Translations under genes and position numbers: made by a program
Part shown: one piece after another, positions 9,624 to 20,359 of the stretch
Layout of the letters: each line of letters opens with the position of its first letter
Position numbering within the stretch: the first letter of the stretch is position 1
Assembly: GCA_039805465.1 (NCBI GenBank)
Contig: JBDLUD010000001.1
Location: 3,164 to 67,163 of the forward strand
Length of the DNA stretch: 64,000 nt
Direction: 5' to 3'
DNA from: Pseudomonadota bacterium
GTDB taxonomy: Bacteria; Pseudomonadota; Gammaproteobacteria; Burkholderiales; Burkholderiaceae
The notes under the pieces: model-generated
What the model saw: the letters and a program-made list of their open reading frames with translations, nothing else
What the model was told of the DNA's origin: nothing
The model's database searches: none

Positions 9624-11261
9624 TTAAAGAACAACACGACGGAAGTCAGCCAATAATTCAGCCAAATACACGTTGAATCTTGTCGCTAAGGCACCATCAA
9701 TCACGCGGTGATCTGCAGTGAGTGACAATGGGCAAATTAATTTTGGTACAAACTGTTTACCATCCCAAACAGGCTTCATGCTGGCTTTGTTAACACCCAA
9801 AATCGCCACCTCTGGTGCGTTGATGATTGGTGCAAAGTAAGTCCCACCAATACCACCCAAAGACGAGATTGTGAAAGAAGCGCCTTGCATTTGATCAGGC
9901 TTCAACTTGCCCTCACGCGCTAGCTTGGCCAACTCACCAGTTTCTTTGGCGATTTCAAAAATACCTTTTTTATCAGCATTCTTTACAACAGGTACCACCA
10001 AGCCATTAGGAGTATCTGCGGCAAAGGCAATGTGGAAATATTTCTTCATCACCAAGTTATCGCCATCCAATGAACTATTAAATTCTGGATACTTCTTCAA
10101 TGCATTCACAGCAGCTTTGATCAAGAAAGCCAACATCGTGACTTTGATACCTTGTTTTTCATTGTCCTTATTGGTCATCACGCGGAATGCTTCTAGATCC
10201 GTGATGTCAGCATCTTCGTGATAAGTCACAGCTGGAATCATGACCCAATTGCGAGATAAATTTGCGGCAGACAGTTTTTGAATTCTTGATAGTGGCTTGG
10301 TTTCTGTTTCACCAAATTTGCTGAAATCAATTTTTGGCCACGGCAATAAATTCAATCCGCCAGATGCAGCTACAGGAGCTCCTGCAGGGGATGCTGCTTG
10401 TCCAGTCATGATGTTCTTTACATATGCCTGAACGTCTTCTTGAGAAATTCTGCCTTTAGGAGCAGTACCAATAACCCTGCTCACATCAACGCCGAGTTCT
10501 CTAGCGTATTTACGGACAGATGGGCTTGCGTGACTGATTGCACCAGTTACTGGAACAGATTCAGTGCGGGGAGCTATTGCCTGAGGTGCACTTTGAGTTG
10601 GCGCTGGAGCGCTTGCTTGAGGAGCCGCTGCCGGAGCCGAACTTGGAGCTTTAGATGGAGTTGGAGCTGCAGCTGGTGAAGCACCAACTGATGAAGATTC
10701 TAGAATCACCACCAAATCGCCTTCAGAAATACTTTCACCTACCTTTACTTTTACTTCCTTCACGACACCAGCGTGTGAAGAAGGCACATCCATGGTGGCT
10801 TTATCTGATTCCAAGGTCACCAATGATTGCTCTTTTTCAACCACATCGCCAGGCTTCACATGAACTTCGATCACAGGAACACCTTTGTAATCGCCAATAT
10901 CAGGAACAGTCACATTCACCAAACCACCAGTTGCTGCGACTGGTGCAGCTGCAGGTGCTGCTGCTTTTTGAGGAGCGGCTGCAGGCGAAGCTGCTGGGGC
11001 AGCCTGAGATGATGCAGAACCTGATTCTTCCAAAAGGATCACCACATGACCCTCAGAAATGTTGTCACCAACTTTAACTTTGACTTCTTTGACCACTCCA
11101 GAATGTGATGAAGGAACATCCATGGTGGCTTTATCTGATTCTAAGGTCACCAAAGATTGCTCTTTTTCAACCACATCACCAGGCTTCACATGGACTTCGA
11201 TCACAGGAACGCCGTCATAATCTCCAATATCAGGAACTTTGATTTCTATCACTTGGCTCAT
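9624..11261 (-). CDS. aceF: Pyruvate dehydrogenase E2 (two lipoyl domains)
   Basis: Two ESDKATMDVP domains, HASPSVRKYARE E3-binding domain, DHRVIDG catalytic motif. Confidence 0.97.
   Translation of the reverse strand: MSQVIEIKVPDIGDYDGVPVIEVHVKPGDVVEKEQSLVTLESDKATMDVPSSHSGVVKEVKVKVGDNISEGHVVILLEESGSASSQAAPAASPAAAPQKAAAPAAAPVAATGGLVNVTVPDIGDYKGVPVIEVHVKPGDVVEKEQSLVTLESDKATMDVPSSHAGVVKEVKVKVGESISEGDLVVILESSSVGASPAAAPTPSKAPSSAPAAAPQASAPAPTQSAPQAIAPRTESVPVTGAISHASPSVRKYARELGVDVSRVIGTAPKGRISQEDVQAYVKNIMTGQAASPAGAPVAASGGLNLLPWPKIDFSKFGETETKPLSRIQKLSAANLSRNWVMIPAVTYHEDADITDLEAFRVMTNKDNEKQGIKVTMLAFLIKAAVNALKKYPEFNSSLDGDNLVMKKYFHIAFAADTPNGLVVPVVKNADKKGIFEIAKETGELAKLAREGKLKPDQMQGASFTISSLGGIGGTYFAPIINAPEVAILGVNKASMKPVWDGKQFVPKLICPLSLTADHRVIDGALATRFNVYLAELLADFRRVVL
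10786..11210. repeat. Intragenic direct repeat (lipoyl domain cores), 10786-10880 vs 11116-11210
   Basis: Offset 330 nt; by-eye alignment gives 4 mismatches in 95 nt. Confidence 0.85.
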
Positions 11262-11271
11262 CTTAGTTTCC

Positions 11272-13968
11272 TCACACAGTCATTGGGTTTGGTTTTTTAG
11301 GATCAAGACCGTACTTCTTGATGGCTTCTGCAACCTTCTTGTGGTCGATTTGACCTTCATCCGCCAAAGTCTTGAGTGCAGCAACAGTGACCCAGCGACG
11401 ATCTACTTCAAAGAAGTGACGAAGCTTCTCGCGCGTATCAGAGCGACCATAACCATCAGTGCCCAATACGGTATATCTCTTACCAATATTTTGAAGCGCT
11501 GGTCTGATTTGTTCTGGGAATAAACGCACATAGTCAGTAGCAACAATCACTGGACCAGTGGTGTCTTTCAATAATTTCTCTACATGAGATAGAACAGGCT
11601 TGTCAGTTGGGTTCAACATGTTTTGACGTGATACAGCATTCCAATCCCGTCCTAACTCTGTGAAGCTTGGGCAACCCCAAATATCTGAAGCAACACCCCA
11701 ATCATCACGCAACATATTGGCAGCTTCAATCACCTCACGGAAGATTGTGCCGCTACCAAGTAGCTGAACTTTTAGTTTGGCTTTGGCATCGCCAACACTT
11801 GTTAAGCGATACATGCCCTTCAAGATGTCATTTTCAGCACCTTTAGGCATCGCTGGATGAGAGTAGTTCTCATTCATCAAGGTGATGTAGTAATAAACAT
11901 CATCTTGATTGGTCATCATGCGACGCATACCGTCTTGAATGATGACGGCTAATTCAAAAGCAAAGGTTGGGTCATAGCTGATACAGTTTGGAATCGCACC
12001 ACTCCACAAATGACTGTGACCATCTTCGTGCTGTAAACCTTCACCGTTCAATGTGGTTCTACCAGCAGTACCACCCAACAAGAAACCGCGACTACGCATA
12101 TCGCCAGCAGCCCAAGCTAAGTCACCAATGCGTTGGAAACCAAACATTGAATAGAAAATGTAGAACGGCAACATCGGTACGCCGTGTGTTGAGTAGGAAG
12201 TAGCTGCAGCGATCCAATCACACATTGCACCAGCTTCATTGATACCCTCTTGCAAAATTTGACCGTGTTTGTCTTCTTTATAGAACATCAACTGATCGTG
12301 GTCTTGCGGTGTGTAAAGCTGACCCAACTGGTTCCAAATACCTAATTGACGGAACATGCCTTCCATACCAAAGGTTCTAGATTCATCAGGAACAATCGGT
12401 ACCACACGCTTACCAATCGTTTTATCTTTTACAACCATGTTCAACATACGAACAAAAGCCATGGTGGTTGAAATTTCACGACCTTCAACTGTGGCCTCAA
12501 GTAATGGGGCAAATACTTCAAGCTTTGGCACTTCCAAGCTTTCTGCTTTAGTTCTGCGTTGCGGTAGATAACCACCCAACTCCATACGACGCTCACGCAT
12601 GTAATTCAACTCAGGACTGCCCTCTTCAAATTTCACCAAAGGTAATTCTTCTAGCTTGTCATCAGGCACTGGAATCTTGAATTGATCTCTGAAGGCTTTG
12701 ATGTCTTCAATGTTCATTTTCTTGGCTTGGTGAGCAATGTTCATGCCCTGACCTGAGCCACCCATGCCATAGCCCTTGATGGTCTTGGCCAAAATAACGG
12801 TCGGTTGATTCTTGTGATTAGCTGCTGCGTGGAATGCTGCATAGACTTTATGTGGATCATGACCACCGCGATTCAGATTCCAAACATCTTCATCGCTCCA
12901 ATCAGCAACCAAAGCTTCTAATTCAGGTGTGTTGAAAACAATCTTTCTGACGTATGCGCCACTCTTGGCTTTCATGGTCTGGTACTCACCATCCACGATC
13001 TCACCAAGACGCTTCATCAAAATACCTTTTTTATCTCGAGCAAATAAAGCATCCCAATGAGTACCCCAGATGAGCTTGATCACATTCCAACCAGCACCTC
13101 TGAATTCGGACTCAAGTTCTTGAATGATTTTTCCGTTACCGCGAACTGGACCATCTAAACGCTGCAAATTACAGTTGATCACAAAGCAGAGGTTGTCTAA
13201 GTTTTCTCTGCCGGCCATACCAATGGCACCCAATGATTCAGGTTCGTCAGTCTCACCATCGCCCAAGAAAGCCCAAACTTTTCTTCCCTCGGTTTGCGCC
13301 ATGCCACGGTCTTGCAAGTACTTCATAAAGCGGGCTTGGTAAATAGCCATGATTGGGCCTAAGCCCATCGACACTGTTGGGAACTGCCAAAAGTCTGGCA
13401 TCAACCAAGGATGCGGATAGCTTGAAATACCCTTGCCATCAACTTCTTGACGGAAGTTATTTAAATTTTCCTCAGTTAAACGACCCAACATATAAGCTCG
13501 GGCATACACACCAGTAGCAACGTGACCCTGCACAAACACCAAATCACCACCGTGCTTATCAGAAGGAGCATGCCAGAAATGGTTAAAGCCCACATCGTAG
13601 AGAGTCGCCGCTGATTGAAATGATGAGATATGACCACCAACGTTTGTGTCTTTGTTGGCCTTTAGTACCATCGCCATCGCATTCCAACGGGTGTAAGAAC
13701 GAATCTTGTGTTCAATCTCTTGATCACCAGGTAGCTTGGCTTGCTGTTCTACAGGAATCGTATTGATGTAAGGAGTCTCAGCATGAAACGGCTGGACCAC
13801 ACCACTCACGCGGGCATGTGATATCTGCTCATCAATCAAGAAAGCAGCTCGATCGACACCCTCTTGTTGAATGACGCCATTCAGGGCATCAATCCATTCT
13901 CTGGTTTCAATCGGATCGATATCCTGAGAGCCATTAGCTCCCTTTTGTTGATTTGGTAGATCAGCCAT
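11272..13968 (-). CDS. aceE: Pyruvate dehydrogenase E1, homodimeric type
   Basis: DPIETREW, SSYPHPWLMPDFWQFPTVSMGLG, GDGETDEPES, GEGLQHEDGHS. Confidence 0.98.
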   Translation of the reverse strand: MADLPNQQKGANGSQDIDPIETREWIDALNGVIQQEGVDRAAFLIDEQISHARVSGVVQPFHAETPYINTIPVEQQAKLPGDQEIEHKIRSYTRWNAMAMVLKANKDTNVGGHISSFQSAATLYDVGFNHFWHAPSDKHGGDLVFVQGHVATGVYARAYMLGRLTEENLNNFRQEVDGKGISSYPHPWLMPDFWQFPTVSMGLGPIMAIYQARFMKYLQDRGMAQTEGRKVWAFLGDGETDEPESLGAIGMAGRENLDNLCFVINCNLQRLDGPVRGNGKIIQELESEFRGAGWNVIKLIWGTHWDALFARDKKGILMKRLGEIVDGEYQTMKAKSGAYVRKIVFNTPELEALVADWSDEDVWNLNRGGHDPHKVYAAFHAAANHKNQPTVILAKTIKGYGMGGSGQGMNIAHQAKKMNIEDIKAFRDQFKIPVPDDKLEELPLVKFEEGSPELNYMRERRMELGGYLPQRRTKAESLEVPKLEVFAPLLEATVEGREISTTMAFVRMLNMVVKDKTIGKRVVPIVPDESRTFGMEGMFRQLGIWNQLGQLYTPQDHDQLMFYKEDKHGQILQEGINEAGAMCDWIAAATSYSTHGVPMLPFYIFYSMFGFQRIGDLAWAAGDMRSRGFLLGGTAGRTTLNGEGLQHEDGHSHLWSGAIPNCISYDPTFAFELAVIIQDGMRRMMTNQDDVYYYITLMNENYSHPAMPKGAENDILKGMYRLTSVGDAKAKLKVQLLGSGTIFREVIEAANMLRDDWGVASDIWGCPSFTELGRDWNAVSRQNMLNPTDKPVLSHVEKLLKDTTGPVIVATDYVRLFPEQIRPALQNIGKRYTVLGTDGYGRSDTREKLRHFFEVDRRWVTVAALKTLADEGQIDHKKVAEAIKKYGLDPKKPNPMTV

Positions 13969-14027
13969 GCTTGTCTCCTGGTAACTTCGCTCTATTTAAA
14001 GGGCTTAGCCCTTTTTGTCTTGTTCAA

Positions 14028-14097
14028 ATTCTAAAAACGCCAGGTTGCCTGAGCAAGTAATATTTCATATAACGAAGTTATTTATCACTATATGGAA
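14028..14097 (-). promoter_or_regulatory. aceE sigma70 promoter (TTGCTC-17-TAGAAT) with two upstream 15-bp boxes
   Basis: Minus strand -35 at 14056-14051 and -10 at 14033-14028; boxes at 14063-14077 and 14083-14097. Confidence 0.55.
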
Positions 14098-14139
14098 TTA
14101 TGTTGCGTGGCAATAAGGCGGAAAAATACAAAAAAAACG

Positions 14140-14167
14140 TTGATTCAGTATCGTCCCGAATTACACT
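14140..14167 (+). promoter_or_regulatory. Putative promoter of the sensor kinase (TTGATT-16-TACACT) with upstream A-tract
   Basis: Hexamers at 14140-14145 and 14162-14167. Confidence 0.4.
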
Positions 14168-14207
14168 CTAAGATTGCATGGTTTTCCCTAAGTAAATAAG
14201 CATTCAT

Positions 14208-16706
14208 TTGAAGACAGTTATTCATCAATATCTTGGTCAAGCCATCAAGAAGTACCGATCTAAAGCCCTTAAGCAAAGGGTTAGGTCTTACACATTCTTA
14301 TACATACCAGTTTTGGCCATTGTGCTATTTACATGTGCCATGGGATTGATCCTTTGGACCTTGAATTACCAAGATAAAAATCAGCAGCAATACACACTCT
14401 ATCGTGAGACTGCTTTTGCTAAACAACGGATATTGCTGCGTTTCGCGGCCAATGAAGATGCGATCCTAGAATTGAGCCGTGAGATCAGTAACTCTGCAAA
14501 TAGATCTCAATACCCTGAATCATTTTTAAAGCTATCAACTAAGCTGATACAGGACAGTCCTGAAATTTTGCAACTTCGTTGGTTAGATAGCAAACAAAAT
14601 AAAATCGCCACGTTGCCGAATAATCCAAGCTATTCAAAGTGGTCAGATAGGACATCAATCAAATCTGTTCTTGATACAGAACTAAATGCCATTTTTTCTG
14701 AGGCAGCCGAGTCAAATAAAGCCACTTACGGAAGAATACTTGGCTTTCATCCAGCTGAAAATGAAGCCTCCAATACAGACAGGCAATATGTTTTTTGGCA
14801 TGTAACCCCGATCATCCAGAATGGTGCAGTGACTGGTGGTATTGCCACTCTTTACTCAGGAAAAAGAATTTTGCAGCACATGGTCCCGAGTGAATTGAAT
14901 GGACTTTACCGTTTTGCACTAGTAGACAGTTCAGGCAAAGAGTTGGTCAGCTCTAATCCAAAACGAACCAGTTCAAGATCTTTAGAGCACAGCGTGACAT
15001 TGGATAAAACAACCATTCCACTGACTTTGCATGTCAGCACGTACCCACCTCCTACCAACCTAACCTATCGAACATTGCTCTGGTTGGTGATTGGCTTGAG
15101 TAGCTTCGTTTTGTGGAGCTTGTGGTCTGTGTGGAAGCAAACCTCTAAACGTTATTCCATACAAAAAGATTTGCAAACCGAAACTAATTTCAGACGTGCC
15201 ATGGAAGAATCAATCACGATTGGTTTAAGAGCCCATGACATGCAAGGAAAAATCACTTACGTGAATCCAGCCTTTTGTGAAATGACAGGCTGGACACGAC
15301 ATGAATTGATTGGTATGTCACCACCATTTCCCTACTGGTCTTCTGAGTTAGTTCCAGAGCTGACCCAAAAAATGGCTGTTGCTTTAAAAGGTAATTCTCC
15401 AAAAGCGGGCTTTGAGGCAATTTTGCAGAAAAAAAATGGCAGCAAAATTAATTCAAGAACATTTGTTTCACCATTGATTGATGAAAAAGGTGAGCAATCT
15501 GGCTGGATCAGTTCAATTGTTGACATATCAGAACCTATCAAGGCGCGACAAGAATTAGCCTTGGCTCAAGAACGATTCACCACAGTACTGGAGAGTCTTG
15601 ATGCTGCAGTGTCAGTTATTTCACTGCAAAGTGGGCAACTCTTGTTTGCCAATAAGTATTATCGAGAGACATTTGGGAATACAACAAAGGCCCACTTGGA
15701 CCTGGCGGGCCATGAAATCAATCCGGCAGATATGGGAGAATTAGACATCGATAGCGTGGATGGATTTGCTGGTCTTCCAGCATCAGCTTTAACACCAACA
15801 CAGTCTGATTTTAGGGAAATTCAAATCAATCAAACCAAGCTTTGGTATGAAGTAAGGCGTCGTTACATCTCTTGGGTCGATGGTCATTTGGCTCAATTGA
15901 TCATTGCCACAGACATCACTGCCAGAAAAAAAGCTGAAGATCAAACCCGTGAACAAGAAGAGAAGCTTCAATTTTCAAGTCGCTTAACCACCATGGGGGA
16001 AATGGCCTCATCCTTGGCGCACGAGTTGAATCAGCCGCTGGCTGCCATCTCAAACTATTGCACAGGCATAGCCAATCGACTGAAGTCGCAACAAAACATA
16101 GACATCGAAAAAGATATCTTGCCGGCAATTGAAAAGGCCACCAATCAGGCTCACCGTGCTGGCACGATCATTCAACGCATCAGAGGCTTTGTCAAAAGAA
16201 GTCAACCTCAAAGTGTGCTGGTCAATGTGGCCACAATCATCGAGGACTCAGTTGGCCTTGCTGAAATTGAAGCACAAAGATACGGTGTTCAAATCAGCAT
16301 TTCTTTTGCAGATAATTTGCCAAAAGTCTTTTTGGATCCAATTTTGATTCAACAGGTTCTAGTGAACCTATTGAAAAATGCGATTGATGCCATTAAAAAT
16401 ATCCCTAACAAAGTTAACTCCTCAAAGTTAATCAAGCTGGGAGTTGATATTGATAACTCCGTTTCACCAGCCATGTTGCGGATACGTGTCATGGATCAGG
16501 GGCCCGGCATCCCTGAAGATGCCCTAGAAAGACTCTATGAGCCCTTTTTTAGCACCAAACATGATGGCATGGGCATGGGTTTGAATATCTGCCGCTCCAT
16601 CATTGAGTCTCATCATGGTCGCCTATGGGCAGAAAACAATGCCCCAGAAAAAGATCAACCTGGTCTTGGCTGCACCTTTACAATACTACTTCCCTTGGAT
16701 AAATAA
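14208..16706 (+). CDS. Membrane PAS-domain sensor histidine kinase (Burkholderia FixL-like)
   Basis: Two TM helices, PAS (YVNPAFCEMTGW), H-box LAHELNQPL, N-box NLLKNA, G-boxes DQGPG and GMGMGL. Start codon uncertain. Confidence 0.9.
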   Translation: MKTVIHQYLGQAIKKYRSKALKQRVRSYTFLYIPVLAIVLFTCAMGLILWTLNYQDKNQQQYTLYRETAFAKQRILLRFAANEDAILELSREISNSANRSQYPESFLKLSTKLIQDSPEILQLRWLDSKQNKIATLPNNPSYSKWSDRTSIKSVLDTELNAIFSEAAESNKATYGRILGFHPAENEASNTDRQYVFWHVTPIIQNGAVTGGIATLYSGKRILQHMVPSELNGLYRFALVDSSGKELVSSNPKRTSSRSLEHSVTLDKTTIPLTLHVSTYPPPTNLTYRTLLWLVIGLSSFVLWSLWSVWKQTSKRYSIQKDLQTETNFRRAMEESITIGLRAHDMQGKITYVNPAFCEMTGWTRHELIGMSPPFPYWSSELVPELTQKMAVALKGNSPKAGFEAILQKKNGSKINSRTFVSPLIDEKGEQSGWISSIVDISEPIKARQELALAQERFTTVLESLDAAVSVISLQSGQLLFANKYYRETFGNTTKAHLDLAGHEINPADMGELDIDSVDGFAGLPASALTPTQSDFREIQINQTKLWYEVRRRYISWVDGHLAQLIIATDITARKKAEDQTREQEEKLQFSSRLTTMGEMASSLAHELNQPLAAISNYCTGIANRLKSQQNIDIEKDILPAIEKATNQAHRAGTIIQRIRGFVKRSQPQSVLVNVATIIEDSVGLAEIEAQRYGVQISISFADNLPKVFLDPILIQQVLVNLLKNAIDAIKNIPNKVNSSKLIKLGVDIDNSVSPAMLRIRVMDQGPGIPEDALERLYEPFFSTKHDGMGMGLNICRSIIESHHGRLWAENNAPEKDQPGLGCTFTILLPLDK

Positions 16707-16710
16707 GCAT

Positions 16711-17334
16711 ATGAACAATAAAACTGAAATCGTTTATGTCGTTGATGACGACGAAGCTGTAAGAGATTCATTGACATGGCTATTAGAAAGTAATGGCTAT
16801 TCAGTTAAATGCCAGCCAAGCGCGGAAAGGTTTCTCCAAGCCCTGCAGGGAGATCAAAAGGAGACGGTTGCTTGCTTAATTCTAGATGTGCGCATGCCAG
16901 GCATGTCTGGTCTTGAGCTTCAAGAGCGTCTTTTGGCCGAAGGCATCCCTATGCCAATCTCTTTCATAACCGGACACGGTGATGTTTCAATGGCTGTTTC
17001 AACCATGAAAAAAGGTGCGGTAGATTTCATTGAAAAACCATTCAAGGAGTCTGAATTAAAGGTATTGGTTGAAAAGATGCTGGCCAGAGCCAGAATCGAT
17101 TACGCAAAAGCAGATACCCAAAAGAACAATCAAAATCTTTTGAGCAAATTGACCGGAAGAGAAAAACAGGTACTTGAAAGAATTGTTGCTGGTCGACTTA
17201 ATAAACAAATTGCAGACGATTTGAATATTTCAATTAAAACAGTTGAAGCACACCGCGCTAACATCATGGAAAAGCTCAACGTGAACACCGTTGCAGACCT
17301 ACTAAGACTTGCACTATCTGAATCAACTAAATAA
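16711..17334 (+). CDS. FixJ/LuxR family response regulator
   Basis: [17 protein letters not shown] receiver; LTGREKQV...[26 protein letters not shown] LuxR HTH. Confidence 0.93.
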   Translation: MNNKTEIVYVVDDDEAVRDSLTWLLESNGYSVKCQPSAERFLQALQGDQKETVACLILDVRMPGMSGLELQERLLAEGIPMPISFITGHGDVSMAVSTMKKGAVDFIEKPFKESELKVLVEKMLARARIDYAKADTQKNNQNLLSKLTGREKQVLERIVAGRLNKQIADDLNISIKTVEAHRANIMEKLNVNTVADLLRLALSESTK

Positions 17335-17335
17335 T

Positions 17336-18187
17336 ATGCCTGCACAAATCCTCGACGGCAATGCCCTTGCCAAAAAAATCAGACTAGAAATTGCTGCCAA
17401 AACAGCCATATTGACGGCCAAAGGCGTCAAGCCTGGGCTAGCAGTTTTGTTGGTAGGCGAGGATCCAGCCAGTCAGGTTTACGTTAGAAATAAAGTCAAA
17501 GCCTGTGAAGATGTTGGCATGTATTCCATTCTAGAGAGACACCCTGCTGATTTAAGCGAAGCGGCACTTCTAAGTCGCATCAATGAATTAAATCAAGACA
17601 AGAATATCCATGGCATCTTGGTTCAGTTGCCATTGCCAAAACACATTGATAGCCACCGAGTCATAGAAGCGATTGCCCCTGAAAAAGATGTGGATGGCTT
17701 TCACGTTGCAAATGCTGGCGCATTGATGATTGGTGCACCTTTATTCAGACCTTGCACACCCTATGGTTGCATGAAAATGCTAGAGAGCATTGACTACCCG
17801 ATCAGAGGCGCTAGAGCGGTTGTGATCGGCGCTTCCAATATTGTTGGCAAACCAATGGCCATGTTGCTCTTGCAGGCTGGTGCAACTGTCACCATTTGTA
17901 ATAGTAAAACCAAAGACTTAACAGCTCATACCAAGGAAGCTGATATCTTGGTAGTAGCCACAGGTAAACCGAAAATGATCACTGCCAACATGGTTAAAAA
18001 TGGCGCCGTGGTCATTGACGTTGGTATCAATCGCTTACCTGATGGCAAGCTTTGTGGTGATGTGGATTTTGATGAAGTGAAGTATGTTGCCAGTGCTATC
18101 ACCCCTGTTCCAGGCGGCGTTGGCCCTATGACGATCACCATGCTTTTACTGAACACACTAGAGGCTGCTGAAAGAGTTAAACCTTAA
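17336..18187 (+). CDS. folD: Methylenetetrahydrofolate dehydrogenase/cyclohydrolase
   Basis: [34 protein letters not shown]. Confidence 0.97.
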   Translation: MPAQILDGNALAKKIRLEIAAKTAILTAKGVKPGLAVLLVGEDPASQVYVRNKVKACEDVGMYSILERHPADLSEAALLSRINELNQDKNIHGILVQLPLPKHIDSHRVIEAIAPEKDVDGFHVANAGALMIGAPLFRPCTPYGCMKMLESIDYPIRGARAVVIGASNIVGKPMAMLLLQAGATVTICNSKTKDLTAHTKEADILVVATGKPKMITANMVKNGAVVIDVGINRLPDGKLCGDVDFDEVKYVASAITPVPGGVGPMTITMLLLNTLEAAERVKP

Positions 18188-18260
18188 AGACCCTTTTGTC
18201 GGTAAGCCTGCACCGCTTTTTCACCTGAACTTATTTCAATTTCAGGACATAATAACGAGT

Positions 18261-20345
18261 ATGAATAATCCATTACTCGCCTTTGGCAAAAGTCTTCCGG
18301 AATACAGCTCTATCAAGGCTGTTGACATCAAACCCGCCATTGAGCAACTGCTGTCTGAAGCTCAAAAAGCGGTTGACGTGTCTTTGCAACCATCCACTCC
18401 TGCCACTTGGCTCGACTTAGTTGAGCCACTTGAAGATGCTACTGAAAATCTTGGGCGCGCTTGGGGTGTGATCAGTCATTTGAACAGTGTTGCTGATACC
18501 CCAGAGTTCAGAAAAGCTCATGCAGAAATGCTGCCAGAGGTCACTGCCTTTTGGACCAACCTTGGCCAAAATTTAGAGTTGTACAAAAAATACAAGGCCT
18601 TGAGCCAATCAGCTGAGTTCTCCTCACTTGATCGCGCTCAACGCAAGGTCATTGAAAACTCCTTAAGAGATTTTCGTTTGGGTGGCGCTGAGTTATCAGA
18701 TGAGCAAAAGATCCGTTTTGCTGAAATTCAAGATCAACAAGCGCAGTTATCCAAAGAGTTTTCTGATCACGTCTTAGATGCAACAGACCATTTTGTGCAT
18801 GTGATCACCGATGAAAAGGATTTAGATGGCTTGCCAGAAGATGCCATAGCTGCAGCTAAACAAACTGCTGAATCTAAAGAACTCGCTGGTTGGGCATTCA
18901 CCCTGCACTTCCCATCGTACTTTCCGGTCATGCAACTTTCTGAAAACAGACCTCTTAGAAAAAAACTCTATGAAGCCTATGTCACCAGAGCGTCAGAGTT
19001 GTCAGAAAAATTTAGTGGCGGTAAAGCAGAATGGGACAACACCAACAATATGCTGTCTCAGCTTCGCCTAAAAGACGAAGAAGCAAAGATGCTTGGTTTT
19101 GCGAATTTTGCGGCTTTGAGTCTTGCGCCAAAAATGGCAAAAACTGTGTCAGAGGTAGATCAGTTTTTAACTGACTTTGCCAAAAGAGCTCAAAATCATG
19201 GTCAAAAGGATTGGGAAGAACTACAGCATTTCGCCAAAGAGCATCTGGGTCTTTCAAGTCTTGAGCCATGGGATATGGCGTTTGCTTCAGAACAACTCAA
19301 GCAAGTTCGTTATGCTTTTTCTGAGAACGAAGTTAAACAATACTTCCCTTTGCCAAAGGTACTTGATGGATTGTTTGGTCTTGTGCAAACCTTGTTTGGC
19401 GTGAAGATTGAAAAAGATTCTTTGCCAGTTTGGCATACAGATGTTCAATCATTCAAAGTATTAAGCAAAAGTGGAAAACTGCTGGCTAATTTTTACCTTG
19501 ACCCTTATGCCAGATCTGGCAAACGCGGTGGAGCATGGATGGACGATGCCAGAGGCCGAAGAAACCTCCCTAATGGTACAGTTCAAACGCCTGTGGCTTA
19601 TTTGGTGTGCAACTTCCCTGCTCCTGTAACGGTCAATGGTGTCACCAAGCAACCAACCATCAGTCATGATGATGTGATCACCATGTTCCATGAGTGTGGC
19701 CATGGTTTGCATCACATGTTGACTCAAGTGGGATCCCTGGGTGTTTCAGGCATCAACGGCGTGGAATGGGACGCAGTTGAGTTACCTAGTCAGTTCATGG
19801 AAAACTTTTGCTGGGAATGGGAAGTTTTAGAAAAGATGACTGCTCATGTAGAGACTGGCGAAACCTTGCCAAAAGCTCTTTATGAAAAAATGATTGCTGC
19901 CAAGAACTTCCAAAACGGCATGGGCACTTTAAGACAATTGGTATTTTCTTTGACTGACTGGCGCCTTCATTCAAGTTTTGATCCACACTCAGCAAAACCT
20001 GAGGACATCTTGCAACTATCAAGACAAATCAATGATCAAGTACATGTGATCAAACAATCTGATTTATCAAGATGGCCGAATACATTCAGCCATATATTTG
20101 CAGGCGGTTATTCAGCTGGCTACTACAGCTATAAGTGGGCTGAAGTGTTGTCTGCAGATGCATACGCAGCATTTGAAGAAGCTGCCAAGAAAACAGGCAG
20201 TATTTTGGATGAAGCCACTGGTGAACGTTATCGACAAGAAATTCTTGAAGTTGGCGGTAGCCGCTCAGCTGCTGAATCATTCAAAGCATTCAGAGGCAGA
20301 GAGCCTGAGATTGATGCCCTTTTAAGGCATGGTGGTTTGGCTTAA
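18261..20345 (+). CDS. prlC: Oligopeptidase A (M3 peptidase)
   Basis: MNNPLL start, HECGHGLH (HExxH), WDAVELPSQFMEN, HIFAGGYSAGYYSYKWAE. Confidence 0.95.
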   Translation: MNNPLLAFGKSLPEYSSIKAVDIKPAIEQLLSEAQKAVDVSLQPSTPATWLDLVEPLEDATENLGRAWGVISHLNSVADTPEFRKAHAEMLPEVTAFWTNLGQNLELYKKYKALSQSAEFSSLDRAQRKVIENSLRDFRLGGAELSDEQKIRFAEIQDQQAQLSKEFSDHVLDATDHFVHVITDEKDLDGLPEDAIAAAKQTAESKELAGWAFTLHFPSYFPVMQLSENRPLRKKLYEAYVTRASELSEKFSGGKAEWDNTNNMLSQLRLKDEEAKMLGFANFAALSLAPKMAKTVSEVDQFLTDFAKRAQNHGQKDWEELQHFAKEHLGLSSLEPWDMAFASEQLKQVRYAFSENEVKQYFPLPKVLDGLFGLVQTLFGVKIEKDSLPVWHTDVQSFKVLSKSGKLLANFYLDPYARSGKRGGAWMDDARGRRNLPNGTVQTPVAYLVCNFPAPVTVNGVTKQPTISHDDVITMFHECGHGLHHMLTQVGSLGVSGINGVEWDAVELPSQFMENFCWEWEVLEKMTAHVETGETLPKALYEKMIAAKNFQNGMGTLRQLVFSLTDWRLHSSFDPHSAKPEDILQLSRQINDQVHVIKQSDLSRWPNTFSHIFAGGYSAGYYSYKWAEVLSADAYAAFEEAAKKTGSILDEATGERYRQEILEVGGSRSAAESFKAFRGREPEIDALLRHGGLA

Positions 20346-20359
20346 GAACTAACTTAGGA

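Noticed and set aside
10655-11077. 140-aa plus-strand ORF antisense to aceF, and the many similar shadow ORFs in the track
   Set aside because: Overlap well-supported genes, lack recognisable motifs; expected shadows of biased coding sequence.
14178-14195. Mini-ORF MVFPK upstream of the sensor kinase
   Set aside because: No SD, no attenuator structure or codon enrichment; likely chance.
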